A stretch of DNA of 27,075 nucleotides from positions 1-27,075 of the IMG/VR virus record IMGVR_UViG_3300025131_000341; one strand, written 5' to 3'. The notes below the pieces were generated by a model. The model worked only from the letters and a program-made list of their open reading frames with translations. It was not told the DNA's origin and made no database searches. This stretch comes from a virus. Its lineage: Duplodnaviria > Caudoviricetes. Positions within the stretch are counted from its first letter, which is position 1. Every line of letters begins with the position of its first letter. A program made the position numbers and the translations under genes. Positions 9,280 to 17,879 of the stretch are shown here, one piece after another.

Positions 9280-9896
9280 TAGGCTTCTCCCTTCTTGTCG
9301 CGCAGTACGTCTACAGGCTTCACTTTCCGGTTCATGTTCACTTTCGGCTTAACAGCCGCAGGGACCACTACCTTAGGCAGCTTTCCGGTAGTCGGTACCT
9401 TCGGCGGGCGGTACTTAGTCTGCAGCGTAGGCTTCAACGTCTTTGTCGCCGTGGTCTTACTACCGGCCGGCGTCTTCTTAAGCTTCGGCAATGCCGTTTG
9501 CGGGAAGGAAATCTTCGGAGTCTTCTTAGGGGCCTTCCCACTAGCGGCTGTCTTTGGCAAACCTTGTTGCGGATTCCCGTCCGGCGGAGCAGTCGGTGTA
9601 TCCTCTGCTTCCTGCGGCGGCTTCTTCGAGAAGAGCGCGACTACTGGAGATTTCTGCAGGTTATCCAGTACTTGCTGCAGAGCAGCTCGCTTGCGCTCAA
9701 CACCCTGCGCATCTGGTGACGTAGGGGGAGCACCCGACTCAGCACCCGCGGTCTGCTCGGGAGGTGCTTGCACATTCATATCCTGGGCAGTTGCGGCCGG
9801 CTGCGCCGTCTTCAAGTGGACGAAGTCGAATGGAGCCGCGAGCTTCTCCCGCATCTCCTCTTCCAGTAGAAATTGCTCGCGTAAGTAGCGTTCCAT
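9279..9896 (-). CDS. Pro/Lys-rich, probably disordered protein with acidic leader (EEEMREKLAA)
   Basis: 205 aa, coupled by TAATG overlaps. Contains EKLAA, LKTAQ and PKTAAS, then a K/P/T-rich tail. Confidence 0.55.
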   Translation of the reverse strand: MERYLREQFLLEEEMREKLAAPFDFVHLKTAQPAATAQDMNVQAPPEQTAGAESGAPPTSPDAQGVERKRAALQQVLDNLQKSPVVALFSKKPPQEAEDTPTAPPDGNPQQGLPKTAASGKAPKKTPKISFPQTALPKLKKTPAGSKTTATKTLKPTLQTKYRPPKVPTTGKLPKVVVPAAVKPKVNMNRKVKPVDVLRDKKGEA

Positions 9897-10282
9897 TAGG
9901 CCCTCGTCTTGGTGCCAAGGTAGTTGTCGTTGTACATGCGAATGATGATAACCATATTGTTCGCTACGGGCGCCTTCACTGTGTATGCAATGATCAGAGG
10001 GATCGCCAGGCCCTTAGTGTAAAAGAGCGCGCCGGGGCCAGTAAGCTGGTCAGCTGCTGGGATAGTCCCGTCGGCTGCTTCCCCTACCAATACGTGAGTA
10101 GCTGCGACTGCCGGGGTAAACGAAGCGTACAGACTAATCTTATCGCCCGCGATATTGCCTTCGGTTACCTGGATTATCGCTTTACTGAAGCTCTCAGAGT
10201 ACGGGATGGTATACGTGCCAGTATCCGACGGCGCATATGTAATCTGAAGCATTGATCTGGGGACTGCGGTTACTGAGGTCAT
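9896..10282 (-). CDS. hypothetical beta-rich structural protein
   Basis: 128 aa with an ATGA overlap with the upstream gene. Alternating hydrophobic strands. Confidence 0.55.
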   Translation of the reverse strand: MTSVTAVPRSMLQITYAPSDTGTYTIPYSESFSKAIIQVTEGNIAGDKISLYASFTPAVAATHVLVGEAADGTIPAADQLTGPGALFYTKGLAIPLIIAYTVKAPVANNMVIIIRMYNDNYLGTKTRA

Positions 10283-10755
10283 TCGTCAGTTCTCCCTGAG
10301 ACATCGTTGCCGAAGTTCGGTTCGTAGAAGTCGCTCGATACACCACCACCCATTGCTTGTTGGATGTTGAGGCGCACAATCAGCTTCTCCTTCTTACGCT
10401 CCCACTCAGATGTCAGCCGATTTATTATGTTTAGATAAATTGGGGCTTTGTCCGATTCGTTTACCTGGACACCCTGCCCGTCGGAGTACGTCACATGGTT
10501 CCGAGCTTGTAGGAACACCAGGGATTCGAGTAGGTACTTAGCAGCCCCCAACTTGAGCAATGAAAAGGAAGGGAAAGATTCCGGCACGTAATTCCCGAGG
10601 GGGGAGTCGAGGTTGAAATCCTCAACGGCGTCGATGATAGCTGTGGCGATGGAGCGCTTACTCGATTCTTCGTCGGCAATGAGACGATTCAGTTCGGGGT
10701 AATCACGTAGATACGCGCGTACCTGCTCGACCATCTGCTCCAGCCGGGTTGCCAT
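10279..10755 (-). CDS. putative head-tail adaptor (connector) protein
   Basis: 158-aa helical protein shortly after the MCP. VEQVRAYLRD...IATAIIDAVEDFN...HVTYSDGQGVQVN fits the SPP1 gp15/HK97 gp6-like pattern of helices plus a beta hairpin. Confidence 0.6.
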   Translation of the reverse strand: MATRLEQMVEQVRAYLRDYPELNRLIADEESSKRSIATAIIDAVEDFNLDSPLGNYVPESFPSFSLLKLGAAKYLLESLVFLQARNHVTYSDGQGVQVNESDKAPIYLNIINRLTSEWERKKEKLIVRLNIQQAMGGGVSSDFYEPNFGNDVSGRTDE

Positions 10756-11066
10756 TAGGATTCATCCTTCTTCTTCTTTCGTGCCTTACGCTTCTTTTTG
10801 ACCGGCTTCACGTCTACGATATCGTCAGGTGTACCGAGTTCCCCGTCAGGCCCAGGAGTCACGGTAACTTCCATGATACCCACTTTCACCTGGACCTTCT
10901 TCTCTTCCTTCTTTACTTCGGGGGCGGAAGTAGTTAGGAAACCAATCGAGATAAGGTGCTGTACCTGAGGAGACAGCTCCGGAATGCTACGCGTAGCTCC
11001 AGCCGGAACCTTCCCTACCTGCGGCACAGACACGTCGAAGTTAGTTACATTCCATACCTGGATCAT
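10755..11066 (-). CDS. small hypothetical protein with GPDGELGTPDD loop and Lys-rich tail
   Basis: 103 aa, coupled by ATGA and TAATG overlaps. Confidence 0.55.
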   Translation of the reverse strand: MIQVWNVTNFDVSVPQVGKVPAGATRSIPELSPQVQHLISIGFLTTSAPEVKKEEKKVQVKVGIMEVTVTPGPDGELGTPDDIVDVKPVKKKRKARKKKKDES

Positions 11067-11494
11067 TTCTTCTTCCCTTTCTTACCAGACTTCTTTTCGG
11101 GCTTCGGCTTGGGCTCGGGTTCCGGTTTAGGTTCGGGCTTGGGCTCAGGTTCGGGTTCCGGTACAATCTCCAACTTGGGTTCGGGTTTGGGTTCCGGCTT
11201 GGCTTCGGGAGCTGGCTTGGCAGGTGCGGGTTCGCCGACAACTTCGGGACCGTCTACGTCTTCGGCGGTCTCCAGGGAGAACAGGCCAGCGTCGATGCCA
11301 AGGTTGATGGCTGCTGCGTATCGGACGAAGGTGGCTCCATCCAAAGTAACCGCTCCACCAGGACCCAATTTCTTTGCGCCAAATTTCATAATGCCAGATT
11401 CGAACAGTTTACGGAGTTGGGGATGCCGCGACCGGGCGATCAGCCATTGTCTGGAAAAGGCTTTCGGAGCCCGAAGCGTGTATTGCGTAGCCAT
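11063..11494 (-). CDS. hypothetical protein with (PE/PK)n proline-rich tail
   Basis: Start re-called to the ATG at 11494 (MATQY...), which has an AGGAG RBS; 143 aa. C-terminus PEAKPEPKPEPK...PEPEPEPKPEPKPEPEPKPKPEKKSGKKGKKK. Confidence 0.65.
   Translation of the reverse strand: MATQYTLRAPKAFSRQWLIARSRHPQLRKLFESGIMKFGAKKLGPGGAVTLDGATFVRYAAAINLGIDAGLFSLETAEDVDGPEVVGEPAPAKPAPEAKPEPKPEPKLEIVPEPEPEPKPEPKPEPEPKPKPEKKSGKKGKKK
11095..11235 (-). repeat. low-complexity 6/12-bp repeat encoding PE/PK dipeptides
   Basis: Recurrent ttcggg/ttgggc/ttccgg units on the + strand. Confidence 0.75.
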
Positions 11495-11539
11495 AGTTAC
11501 TCCTATCAAACAGGTGAATAGCAAAGCAGCGTTTCTGGA

Positions 11540-11570
11540 GGGCCCCCAGTCCGAAAGGAGCTGGAGGCCC
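11540..11570 (-). terminator. strong GC hairpin after the major capsid gene (attenuator or mRNA stabiliser)
   Basis: The minus strand reads GGGCCU-CCAG-C-UCC-UUUC-GGA-CUGG-GGGCCC, a 13-bp stem with one bulge, 22 nt after the MCP stop. There is no adjacent U-tract. Confidence 0.55.
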
Positions 11571-11592
11571 CAAGGTTACGGCGTACCAGGGC

Positions 11593-12744
11593 TTAGTATG
11601 TCCACAGACCCGGGTAGGTGTATCCATCTGCCATCTGATTATTGACTGCACCAAGTGCGGTCTCAGCGGCAGGTGTCGTTGCAGCACGGGCGGTAGCATC
11701 AGTCATGGTATCACCAGTGATCAACTCGAGGCGGTTAACTGCCGCGATGTTGGCGAGGCCCATTCCAATGTTTTCCCATGCCCAGAAGGAAATGCTGCGA
11801 GCTTCCTTCTTGACGTAGAACTTCACGTTATCCAGGATGTAAGAACGCCCGAAGAACGCAGGATCGGTAAAGCCATACACGAAACCGTCGTGCAACAGGT
11901 TACCCTTGAGGGTAGTCAGGATCTGGTAGCCGAGTACGGTGTTGTACTTGTAGCCCTTGATCATGACGTCCTTGGTCAGTACGTGGCCAAGGTCGGCAGC
12001 AGTGAGCTGGCCGAAGTCTGCGAAGGTATACTCAGTCATGAGGACCTTCGACATACGCAGAGCGCGACCATCGAGCGTAAACAATTTCGCCAGGGACGAA
12101 ATGTCCTGCTTCTGGATCGCATTCACAACAGCGCTGGTATCGCCAAGGGCGGAGACCATCGCCAACTCACTCTTGACCGTGGCGTCCTGGACAACGGTAC
12201 CGGCGGTAACAGCTGCACGGCCATTGTTGGTCCAGCCCGCGGGAACTGCGGGATCGTCGCCATTGGCGAGGGCCTGACGTGCTTCAATGCAGGACTCGAC
12301 GTGGACGAGGAAGTAACGGTCTTCAACTTCCTGGATGTCTTTCACAATGTTATTCTTGATGACATCGGAAATCGGGTAAGTGTAGGTGCGGAGTTCTTCG
12401 GTGTAACCTTCCCATTTCAGGGAGCTAACGGTGAAGAACGCAACAGCCATCCGACGTCCCTTGATGAGCTGAGGATCCGGCTCGCCGCGGAACGAGATCG
12501 ACATTGCCCGGGAACCGGGTTCGATATCGACGATCTTGTAGACGGTGTCGTGGAAAAGGGACCGCTGACATTCAGCAACAGTCACAGGTTTAGGCGGAAG
12601 AATCTTCCGACAGAAGGACATCTCTCGCAGCTTATCACGGACGTAAGCGGAACCGGCAGCAGCCAATTTCTCTTTTTCGCCACTCGTGTCATCAGCCTTG
12701 GAGATGAACAATTCGTTTAGCACGCTCGCGGGCATGTTTTCCAT
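11593..12744 (-). CDS. major capsid protein (HK97 fold)
   Basis: 383 aa with an AGGAGG RBS. VRDKLREMSFCRKILPP, the long backbone helix IKNNIVKDIQEVEDRYFL and terminal strands FWAWENIGMGLANIAAV fit the fold. Follows the protease, scaffold and decoration genes. Confidence 0.8.
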   Translation of the reverse strand: MENMPASVLNELFISKADDTSGEKEKLAAAGSAYVRDKLREMSFCRKILPPKPVTVAECQRSLFHDTVYKIVDIEPGSRAMSISFRGEPDPQLIKGRRMAVAFFTVSSLKWEGYTEELRTYTYPISDVIKNNIVKDIQEVEDRYFLVHVESCIEARQALANGDDPAVPAGWTNNGRAAVTAGTVVQDATVKSELAMVSALGDTSAVVNAIQKQDISSLAKLFTLDGRALRMSKVLMTEYTFADFGQLTAADLGHVLTKDVMIKGYKYNTVLGYQILTTLKGNLLHDGFVYGFTDPAFFGRSYILDNVKFYVKKEARSISFWAWENIGMGLANIAAVNRLELITGDTMTDATARAATTPAAETALGAVNNQMADGYTYPGLWTY

Positions 12745-12755
12745 TTTGTTCCTCC

Positions 12756-13424
12756 TTATGTGATGGTGACAAGGTACGGGGTTGAGTAAATTTCGGCCTG
12801 GAGAGTACCAGCGTTAGCTGTGGCGGCACCAGTGGCAACGCCAACACACCAAACCTTGTCTGCGGCAGCAATGCCCAAATCGTCGAGAATCAGTGCAGTT
12901 CCGCCAACAACGCCAGTACCGATCGCGTACAGAATACCTTTGGTACCAGTGTAGTTGCTCAAGGTGGTAAGAAGTGTTCCGTCGACCGTGTCATCGCCCT
13001 GGATGTAAACGACGCCCAGGCGATCCCCAACGGAGATTCCCTGCGCGGCTTCGGCGATCCACATACCGAAGGTACCTTCTACGGATCCGCCACCTTCAAT
13101 GATTGGCATCTTTTCAGCAGCCTGGACATCCGTACCACCGCGCTCAGACCATACCAACTTCGGCATTTCCGGAGCACTGGATCCACCAGCGGCGTGGACG
13201 ATACCAGCAACCTCGGGGGTTGCTAGAACGACGGTTGGACGGCTCACCGATGCTGCTCCCTTCTGTACCCACTCGCCAACGTCAGCAAACTCGGCGTTGT
13301 TCGGGTTCAGCGAAATGGACGTGGCGACCGCGTGATCACGCACACGGATGTTGTCCTTAACGATGGAAGTCAACAGCGTAAGAGACCGGCCTTTATCTCT
13401 GTAAATTCCACAAATAGCAGCCAT
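12756..13424 (-). CDS. putative capsid decoration/cement protein
   Basis: 222 aa, Gly/Ala/Val-rich beta protein directly upstream of the MCP, with a strong RBS. ISVGDRL and WCVGVAT are reminiscent of beta-tulip decoration proteins. Confidence 0.5.
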   Translation of the reverse strand: MAAICGIYRDKGRSLTLLTSIVKDNIRVRDHAVATSISLNPNNAEFADVGEWVQKGAASVSRPTVVLATPEVAGIVHAAGGSSAPEMPKLVWSERGGTDVQAAEKMPIIEGGGSVEGTFGMWIAEAAQGISVGDRLGVVYIQGDDTVDGTLLTTLSNYTGTKGILYAIGTGVVGGTALILDDLGIAAADKVWCVGVATGAATANAGTLQAEIYSTPYLVTIT

Positions 13425-13436
13425 TGTATTTCCTCC

Positions 13437-13775
13437 TTAACTGTTTGTAAGAAAACTAGCCAAAGCATCGCTAGCATCTGCTGAAGAATCATCTACATCT
13501 GTAGAGGACAGGTCCCCGATTTGGAGCTGCACTGCCTGAGCCAGAACCTCCAGATCATCATTTGAGTCCAGAAGAGCAGCGACTTTCTCATGACGCGGAA
13601 CGTCAGGGTCTACAAGTCCCTTTTCTTCCATCTCAACTACTAGAGCTTCAGCCTTAGCACGCTTTTCCAGATCAGCAGCCTGCTCACGAGACGCAGACAC
13701 TTCTTGGGCAAGAGCACGAAGCACTGACGGGATCTGCTGAAGGATCTCAGCAACTTTTTCCATTTCTTTACTCAT
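13437..13775 (-). CDS. acidic helical scaffold-like protein
   Basis: 112 aa with coiled-coil character. Contains EKVA, EKRA and EKVA. Confidence 0.55.
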   Translation of the reverse strand: MSKEMEKVAEILQQIPSVLRALAQEVSASREQAADLEKRAKAEALVVEMEEKGLVDPDVPRHEKVAALLDSNDDLEVLAQAVQLQIGDLSSTDVDDSSADASDALASFLTNS

Positions 13776-14259
13776 CGGTACCTCCCATAAGGTCGAGCAC
13801 CGACTTCACCGAGGCCGGGGAAGCGGCGGGAGCATCTTCTTCCACCTTAGCTTCCTTGATCTTGGCTACCCACGATTCCAGGGTAGCTTTGACCTGGTTG
13901 TCGGCATCAGTTGTTTCTTCCGTCTCCTGCACCGGTACGGTCTCCGGGGTCAGGTGGGCCAGTTTCTGAAGGACTTCTCCGCGGAGTTGCTCGGTGTCCT
14001 GCTCCACTGCCTCGGTTGTCGCGGTCTCTTTGACCTGGGCAACCTTCTGCAGCAGATAGTCACGGACGTCGAGTTCTTCTGCAGGAGCTTCCGGCTCAGT
14101 TTCGAGGCCAGCAAGCTTCTCGAGAACACCCTCTACGGACTGGGCCACCTTCTCCACGAAACCGAGGTCGAGCTCGGAGACCTGAGCAGATTGCTCCCCA
14201 TCGTCCGAAAGATTTCGGGACTCAAGGTCGCTAACTAGCAGGTCATGGAGTGATGACAT
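13768..14259 (-). CDS. acidic scaffold/prohead core-like protein
   Basis: 163 aa, Glu-rich, GGAGG RBS. Contains EKVA, EKLA, QKVA, QKLA and IKEA. Confidence 0.55.
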   Translation of the reverse strand: MSSLHDLLVSDLESRNLSDDGEQSAQVSELDLGFVEKVAQSVEGVLEKLAGLETEPEAPAEELDVRDYLLQKVAQVKETATTEAVEQDTEQLRGEVLQKLAHLTPETVPVQETEETTDADNQVKATLESWVAKIKEAKVEEDAPAASPASVKSVLDLMGGTDE

Positions 14260-14271
14260 TATCAGTCCTCC

Positions 14272-15171
14272 TTATTCTGCGTCCTGAAGGGCTTCGATCA
14301 TCTCTTCTACCGGGTAACCGGCTTCTGCGAGCTTCTCGAAAGCGTGGACGGTAACGGCGTCGTCGAGTTCTTCATCTGCAGCAACCTTCTCATGGCCTTC
14401 CCCGAAGAGACCGAGGATTTCCATGGCGCGGTCATCAGCAAGAGCGTCGAGGGCCGAGGCGTTCTTCTTCTTGCCGCGCATCAACATGGCTCCGCCACCA
14501 AGAGCAGCAGCACCACCACCATACAGACCACCAGATTCAAGTGCGCCTCTACCGAAACGCTTGAGGCCGGACTTCATCTGCGACTTAGCCTGGGCAGTAG
14601 TCTTATGCTTTGCGCCACGCTTCATTTCGGTGAGACCGGCACGCAGCTTGGTACCCTTAGCAGCACCCTTCAGGGACTTAAGGGCAGCGCCGCCTTTGGC
14701 AGCAGCCTGGCCGGTCAACTTGCTCAGCCACGCGGGGATGCCCATGGCTTCTTTTTCCATCTCTTCGACTTCAGCGGCGGAGTATTCGTTGCCGTCGTCG
14801 TCGACATAGATGTATTCTTCTTCGTCGCCGGCTGTCTTTTCCAGCTCTTCCATGAATCCATGGGCCATTACGCGACCAAACGCGTCATAGGCAGCAGCCT
14901 GCTTTTCGAGATCTTCCTCGGTAAGCTCGTGCACTTCGCCTACTTCCACTTCTTCAGTCTCGACTTCTTCACCAGCTTCTTTCTCAAGCTGTCCCTGCTC
15001 TTCGAGGTCAGCAACAACTGCCTGCTCGAGCATTTCGAGTTGCTCTGCATCCAGATCGCTCACGTCGACTTCGTACTCAGACGCCAGCTTCTCGATGAAT
15101 TTGGCCTGTGCCGCCTTCTCAAGAGCTTCCGTCCCATCTGTGCCATACATTGATTCGAGAATGTCACTCAT
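14272..15171 (-). CDS. scaffold/prohead core protein with repeated EKxA sites and an embedded cationic segment
   Basis: 299 aa between the protease and the MCP, AGGAGG RBS. Eight EKxA motifs; very acidic except aa 143-238. Confidence 0.65.
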   Translation of the reverse strand: MSDILESMYGTDGTEALEKAAQAKFIEKLASEYEVDVSDLDAEQLEMLEQAVVADLEEQGQLEKEAGEEVETEEVEVGEVHELTEEDLEKQAAAYDAFGRVMAHGFMEELEKTAGDEEEYIYVDDDGNEYSAAEVEEMEKEAMGIPAWLSKLTGQAAAKGGAALKSLKGAAKGTKLRAGLTEMKRGAKHKTTAQAKSQMKSGLKRFGRGALESGGLYGGGAAALGGGAMLMRGKKKNASALDALADDRAMEILGLFGEGHEKVAADEELDDAVTVHAFEKLAEAGYPVEEMIEALQDAE

Positions 15172-15197
15172 CGTTCGTTCCTCCTAAGGAAATACAA

Positions 15198-15308
15198 GTG
15201 TACACCGATAGTTAACTAGGTTTGTCCGTGGGGAGTAGCGGGCTTCTTGCGAAACCCTGGTGGGCCTGCTTTCCAGCTTTTCCGACCCATGCAAGCCATA
15301 GTGTATAC
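15198..15308 (-). ncRNA. candidate structured RNA leader upstream of the scaffold/capsid genes
   Basis: The largest intergenic gap (143 nt). The minus strand has GGGUUUC-GCAA-GAAGCCC and GCU-GGAA-AGC nested in GGGUC...GGCCC; both loops are GNRA tetraloops. Confidence 0.4.
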
Positions 15309-15314
15309 GCATTC

Positions 15315-16796
15315 CTACACGAATGGCAAGCGGTTGAAAGCCTTTTTTATTGCTTCTTGATTTAGACCAGCAGCGAGCAGACCCGAGGAAGTAAGGACCG
15401 GGTGCTTCGCTATGAAGCGCTGAAGCAGGTTAGGTTTCATGCCTGCCCGCTCACGTTTCCGCAAGTGAGCGCTGTACGCGTAGACTAGCGGGATAAGTAG
15501 CGCCCAAGCAGGAACCGACTTCAAAGTGCCGGCTAACCCGGCTACTGTAGCCGTCTTCTCCAGACCACCGTTCGAAACTACATCGTCCAAACCGGCGAGT
15601 GCCTGGTTACGGTAATCAATGTAAAGCTTACCTAGAAATTCTTCGTGCTCCCCACCAAGTGGGGTTTCAACGTCGATTGGCTGGGCTGTGGCCAATTTCT
15701 CTAAGCGCTTGTAACTGTGCGGGCAGAACATCGACCTGGTGCCGGAGTCGATATCCATGGGCAACGGGGCCCCGGCGAAGCTCATATTTATCGGGGAGGT
15801 ACCAGCACCCCGACTCTGCGGGCGGAAGACAATATTACGTTTGAATAAATGCGAAGCTGTAGGAGCACCGACGGACTTCACAAGTACGATGCGCTGGAAT
15901 TCCGAAGGCTTCAGGATAATACCTTTACCCAGGAGTGCTCCCAGAGCAGCGCCAAGCGGGCGCTCCGACAAGCGCTGGAGTGCCTTCTCAGGGAGGGACT
16001 CTTCTGCTTTAAACAAGGGATCCAGGTGGTTAGCCATTCCTGGGACATCCTTGAGGATAGTAGCACTCTTGCCCTTGGTCGCTGTTTTCACTGAAGCTAC
16101 TTTCTCAAGTGCGAAGCCTGTACGATCCGCCCCTACCAATACAAAAGAAAGATCGAAGAATCGGGGGTTGGGGTTGAAGAGGAATACCTTGCGGCCGTCT
16201 GGATACGTCTTCCCAAGTTCGTTCTTCCCGTGAAAACAGTAATCGGAGCGAGTGCGGGACCTATGTCCGCAGATGCTACATACGTCGTAGGCAACTCTGC
16301 ATCCCATGGATACAGGTACGTTTTCTCCTGCTTCGAGGCGAGCCACCAGCGATCCGTGTCCTTCATCGCGACCTTTCTTCATGTTGATCTCGATGACCAA
16401 CTCTACGCGGTGCATTTTCCGGTTATAGACCGAGAGCACCACTTTCCCGAAACTCTTCTCGATATCTTTGTTGACGTGGTGGCGGTAAGTGCCGGCATTG
16501 TAGAAGCTCTTGTACCCGTACATTGGGGCCTGCGGGTGCAACAGCTGCTTCTCTTCGAAATAGTCATTGTTGATATTTGCACCGTAGTACTCCCCGGCGC
16601 CCAGAGCGGAGATCAAGATGTAGATGAACCCAGGCTTCTTCTTGACCCCTTTGATGTACTTATTGACTTCCGGGTCGTAGTCACGCTTAGTCTTCGCCGT
16701 CTTCTCGAACCCCGAAGCATTGGGATTGTAGGTCTCTACAAAGATCTGCCCGGTTTCGGGATCGATGCCCTGGAAGTCTAGTCGTTTTTCAATCAT
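15315..16796 (-). CDS. prohead (capsid maturation) protease with Zn-ribbon insert and long C-terminal extension
   Basis: Motifs in HK97/herpes-type protease order: NINNDYF, YRHH (His106/107), VSMGC (Ser163), FFDLSFV..GAD. CSIC..C.H is inserted after the Ser. Lies upstream of the scaffold and MCP. Confidence 0.78.
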   Translation of the reverse strand: MIEKRLDFQGIDPETGQIFVETYNPNASGFEKTAKTKRDYDPEVNKYIKGVKKKPGFIYILISALGAGEYYGANINNDYFEEKQLLHPQAPMYGYKSFYNAGTYRHHVNKDIEKSFGKVVLSVYNRKMHRVELVIEINMKKGRDEGHGSLVARLEAGENVPVSMGCRVAYDVCSICGHRSRTRSDYCFHGKNELGKTYPDGRKVFLFNPNPRFFDLSFVLVGADRTGFALEKVASVKTATKGKSATILKDVPGMANHLDPLFKAEESLPEKALQRLSERPLGAALGALLGKGIILKPSEFQRIVLVKSVGAPTASHLFKRNIVFRPQSRGAGTSPINMSFAGAPLPMDIDSGTRSMFCPHSYKRLEKLATAQPIDVETPLGGEHEEFLGKLYIDYRNQALAGLDDVVSNGGLEKTATVAGLAGTLKSVPAWALLIPLVYAYSAHLRKRERAGMKPNLLQRFIAKHPVLTSSGLLAAGLNQEAIKKAFNRLPFV

Positions 16797-16798
16797 AA

Positions 16799-17365
16799 CT
16801 AACGCTCGCTTCGTTCGCGATCCTTGTGCTTCAGGTACATCGAGAGCGGGAGAGTACTGGCGGCTACTGCGTTCCGCGGGGCATTAGCCCTGTCGGAGTC
16901 GATACGCGCCTGGATGGCTGCGGCCGCGTCTGCTCTCTGCTGGCGAATCTTAGAGTTGTAGGTAGTTCGGAACTTAGGATCATCCCGGAGCATACGCTTG
17001 GTAATTGCCCGCTTTGCTTTTGACTTAGAGATCGCCGGCCAAATGCCTGCGGTCGGGATTCCCGTCAGCAGTGGGTGCCGCATACCAAAGCGCTTACTGC
17101 GTTGCCGTGCTATCAGACTCCGGACCTTATCCTCGTCCTTACCACCGACGAACGCCCCGAGTTCGTCTTCTATATCGCCGACGCGGAGCTTAGCTTCTTT
17201 CTGCAGAGACACGTTGGCAGTAGGAGCGCACTTAGTGTGGTCATACTGGAACCGCTTAATCTTCGGTTCGTCGCCCTCTTCCATGTCGACATCCCACAGT
17301 GGGTTGCCGTAAGCGGACAACTTTTCGAGTTCATCTTCAAATGCTGCCCAAAATATGTTTTCCAT
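16799..17365 (-). CDS. basic protein with WAAFEDELEKLS leader; putative internal head protein
   Basis: 188 aa starting MENIFWAAFEDELEKLS, with a second site LQKEAK and an Arg-rich C-half. Confidence 0.6.
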   Translation of the reverse strand: MENIFWAAFEDELEKLSAYGNPLWDVDMEEGDEPKIKRFQYDHTKCAPTANVSLQKEAKLRVGDIEDELGAFVGGKDEDKVRSLIARQRSKRFGMRHPLLTGIPTAGIWPAISKSKAKRAITKRMLRDDPKFRTTYNSKIRQQRADAAAAIQARIDSDRANAPRNAVAASTLPLSMYLKHKDRERSER

Positions 17366-17396
17366 TGTCAGCCCCTAAATATCACGTTTAGATATT

Positions 17397-17879
17397 CTAC
17401 AGCTTCTTCGAGAGACCCACACCCTTGCCGGTGGCGCCGCGAATAGCATCTCCGACACCCCGAGGACCACGGGAACCCTGAATGCGGCTAAGGGTCTCAA
17501 CGTCCTGTAGCGGGAAGCCAGCATCTTTAAAGTCGTGCATCCGCTTCACGAACGAACCAGCGGCAAGCGGATCACCCGCGACGTGTGGGGAGAAGTGCAT
17601 CAATGCCCGGAAGTAAGGCTTAATGGAGCCCCGGTGCTTCTTGAGATCTGGGTGCGATTTGAGCATTCGCTTGAAATTGCGCTTCGCCTTGTATTTCTCG
17701 GTGGCGGCGTCAAGCCCTTGTGCTGCAACTGCCCCACCCGTAGCGAAGCCCATACCCAGAAGACCCAACTTCCCAATAGTCTTCCACATGGGAGAGGAAG
17801 GCAGTGGAGGTCTAGCAGCTTCCTTCGTCTTACCAAGAAGCTCCAATGTAGCGCGTGTGTTTTCGAAGTTACTTCCCAT
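17397..17879 (-). CDS. basic protein with Gly-rich hydrophobic helix after KTKEAA
   Basis: 160 aa. WKTIGKLGLLGMGFATGGAVAAQG is followed by a helical domain FRALMHFSPHVAGDPLAAGSFVKRM. Confidence 0.6.
   Translation of the reverse strand: MGSNFENTRATLELLGKTKEAARPPLPSSPMWKTIGKLGLLGMGFATGGAVAAQGLDAATEKYKAKRNFKRMLKSHPDLKKHRGSIKPYFRALMHFSPHVAGDPLAAGSFVKRMHDFKDAGFPLQDVETLSRIQGSRGPRGVGDAIRGATGKGVGLSKKL

Noticed and set aside
13424-15197. 11-nt inverted match between the scaffold leader (15187-15197) and the RBS/start of the decoration gene (13424-13434)
   Set aside because: Dozens of 11-mer inverted matches are expected by chance in 27 kb, and nothing else supports long-range pairing.
17366-17396. 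AT-rich AATATC-N7-GATATT inverted repeat in a short intergenic gap
   Set aside because: It is a single short copy with no second instance noticed, too weak to call an operator.
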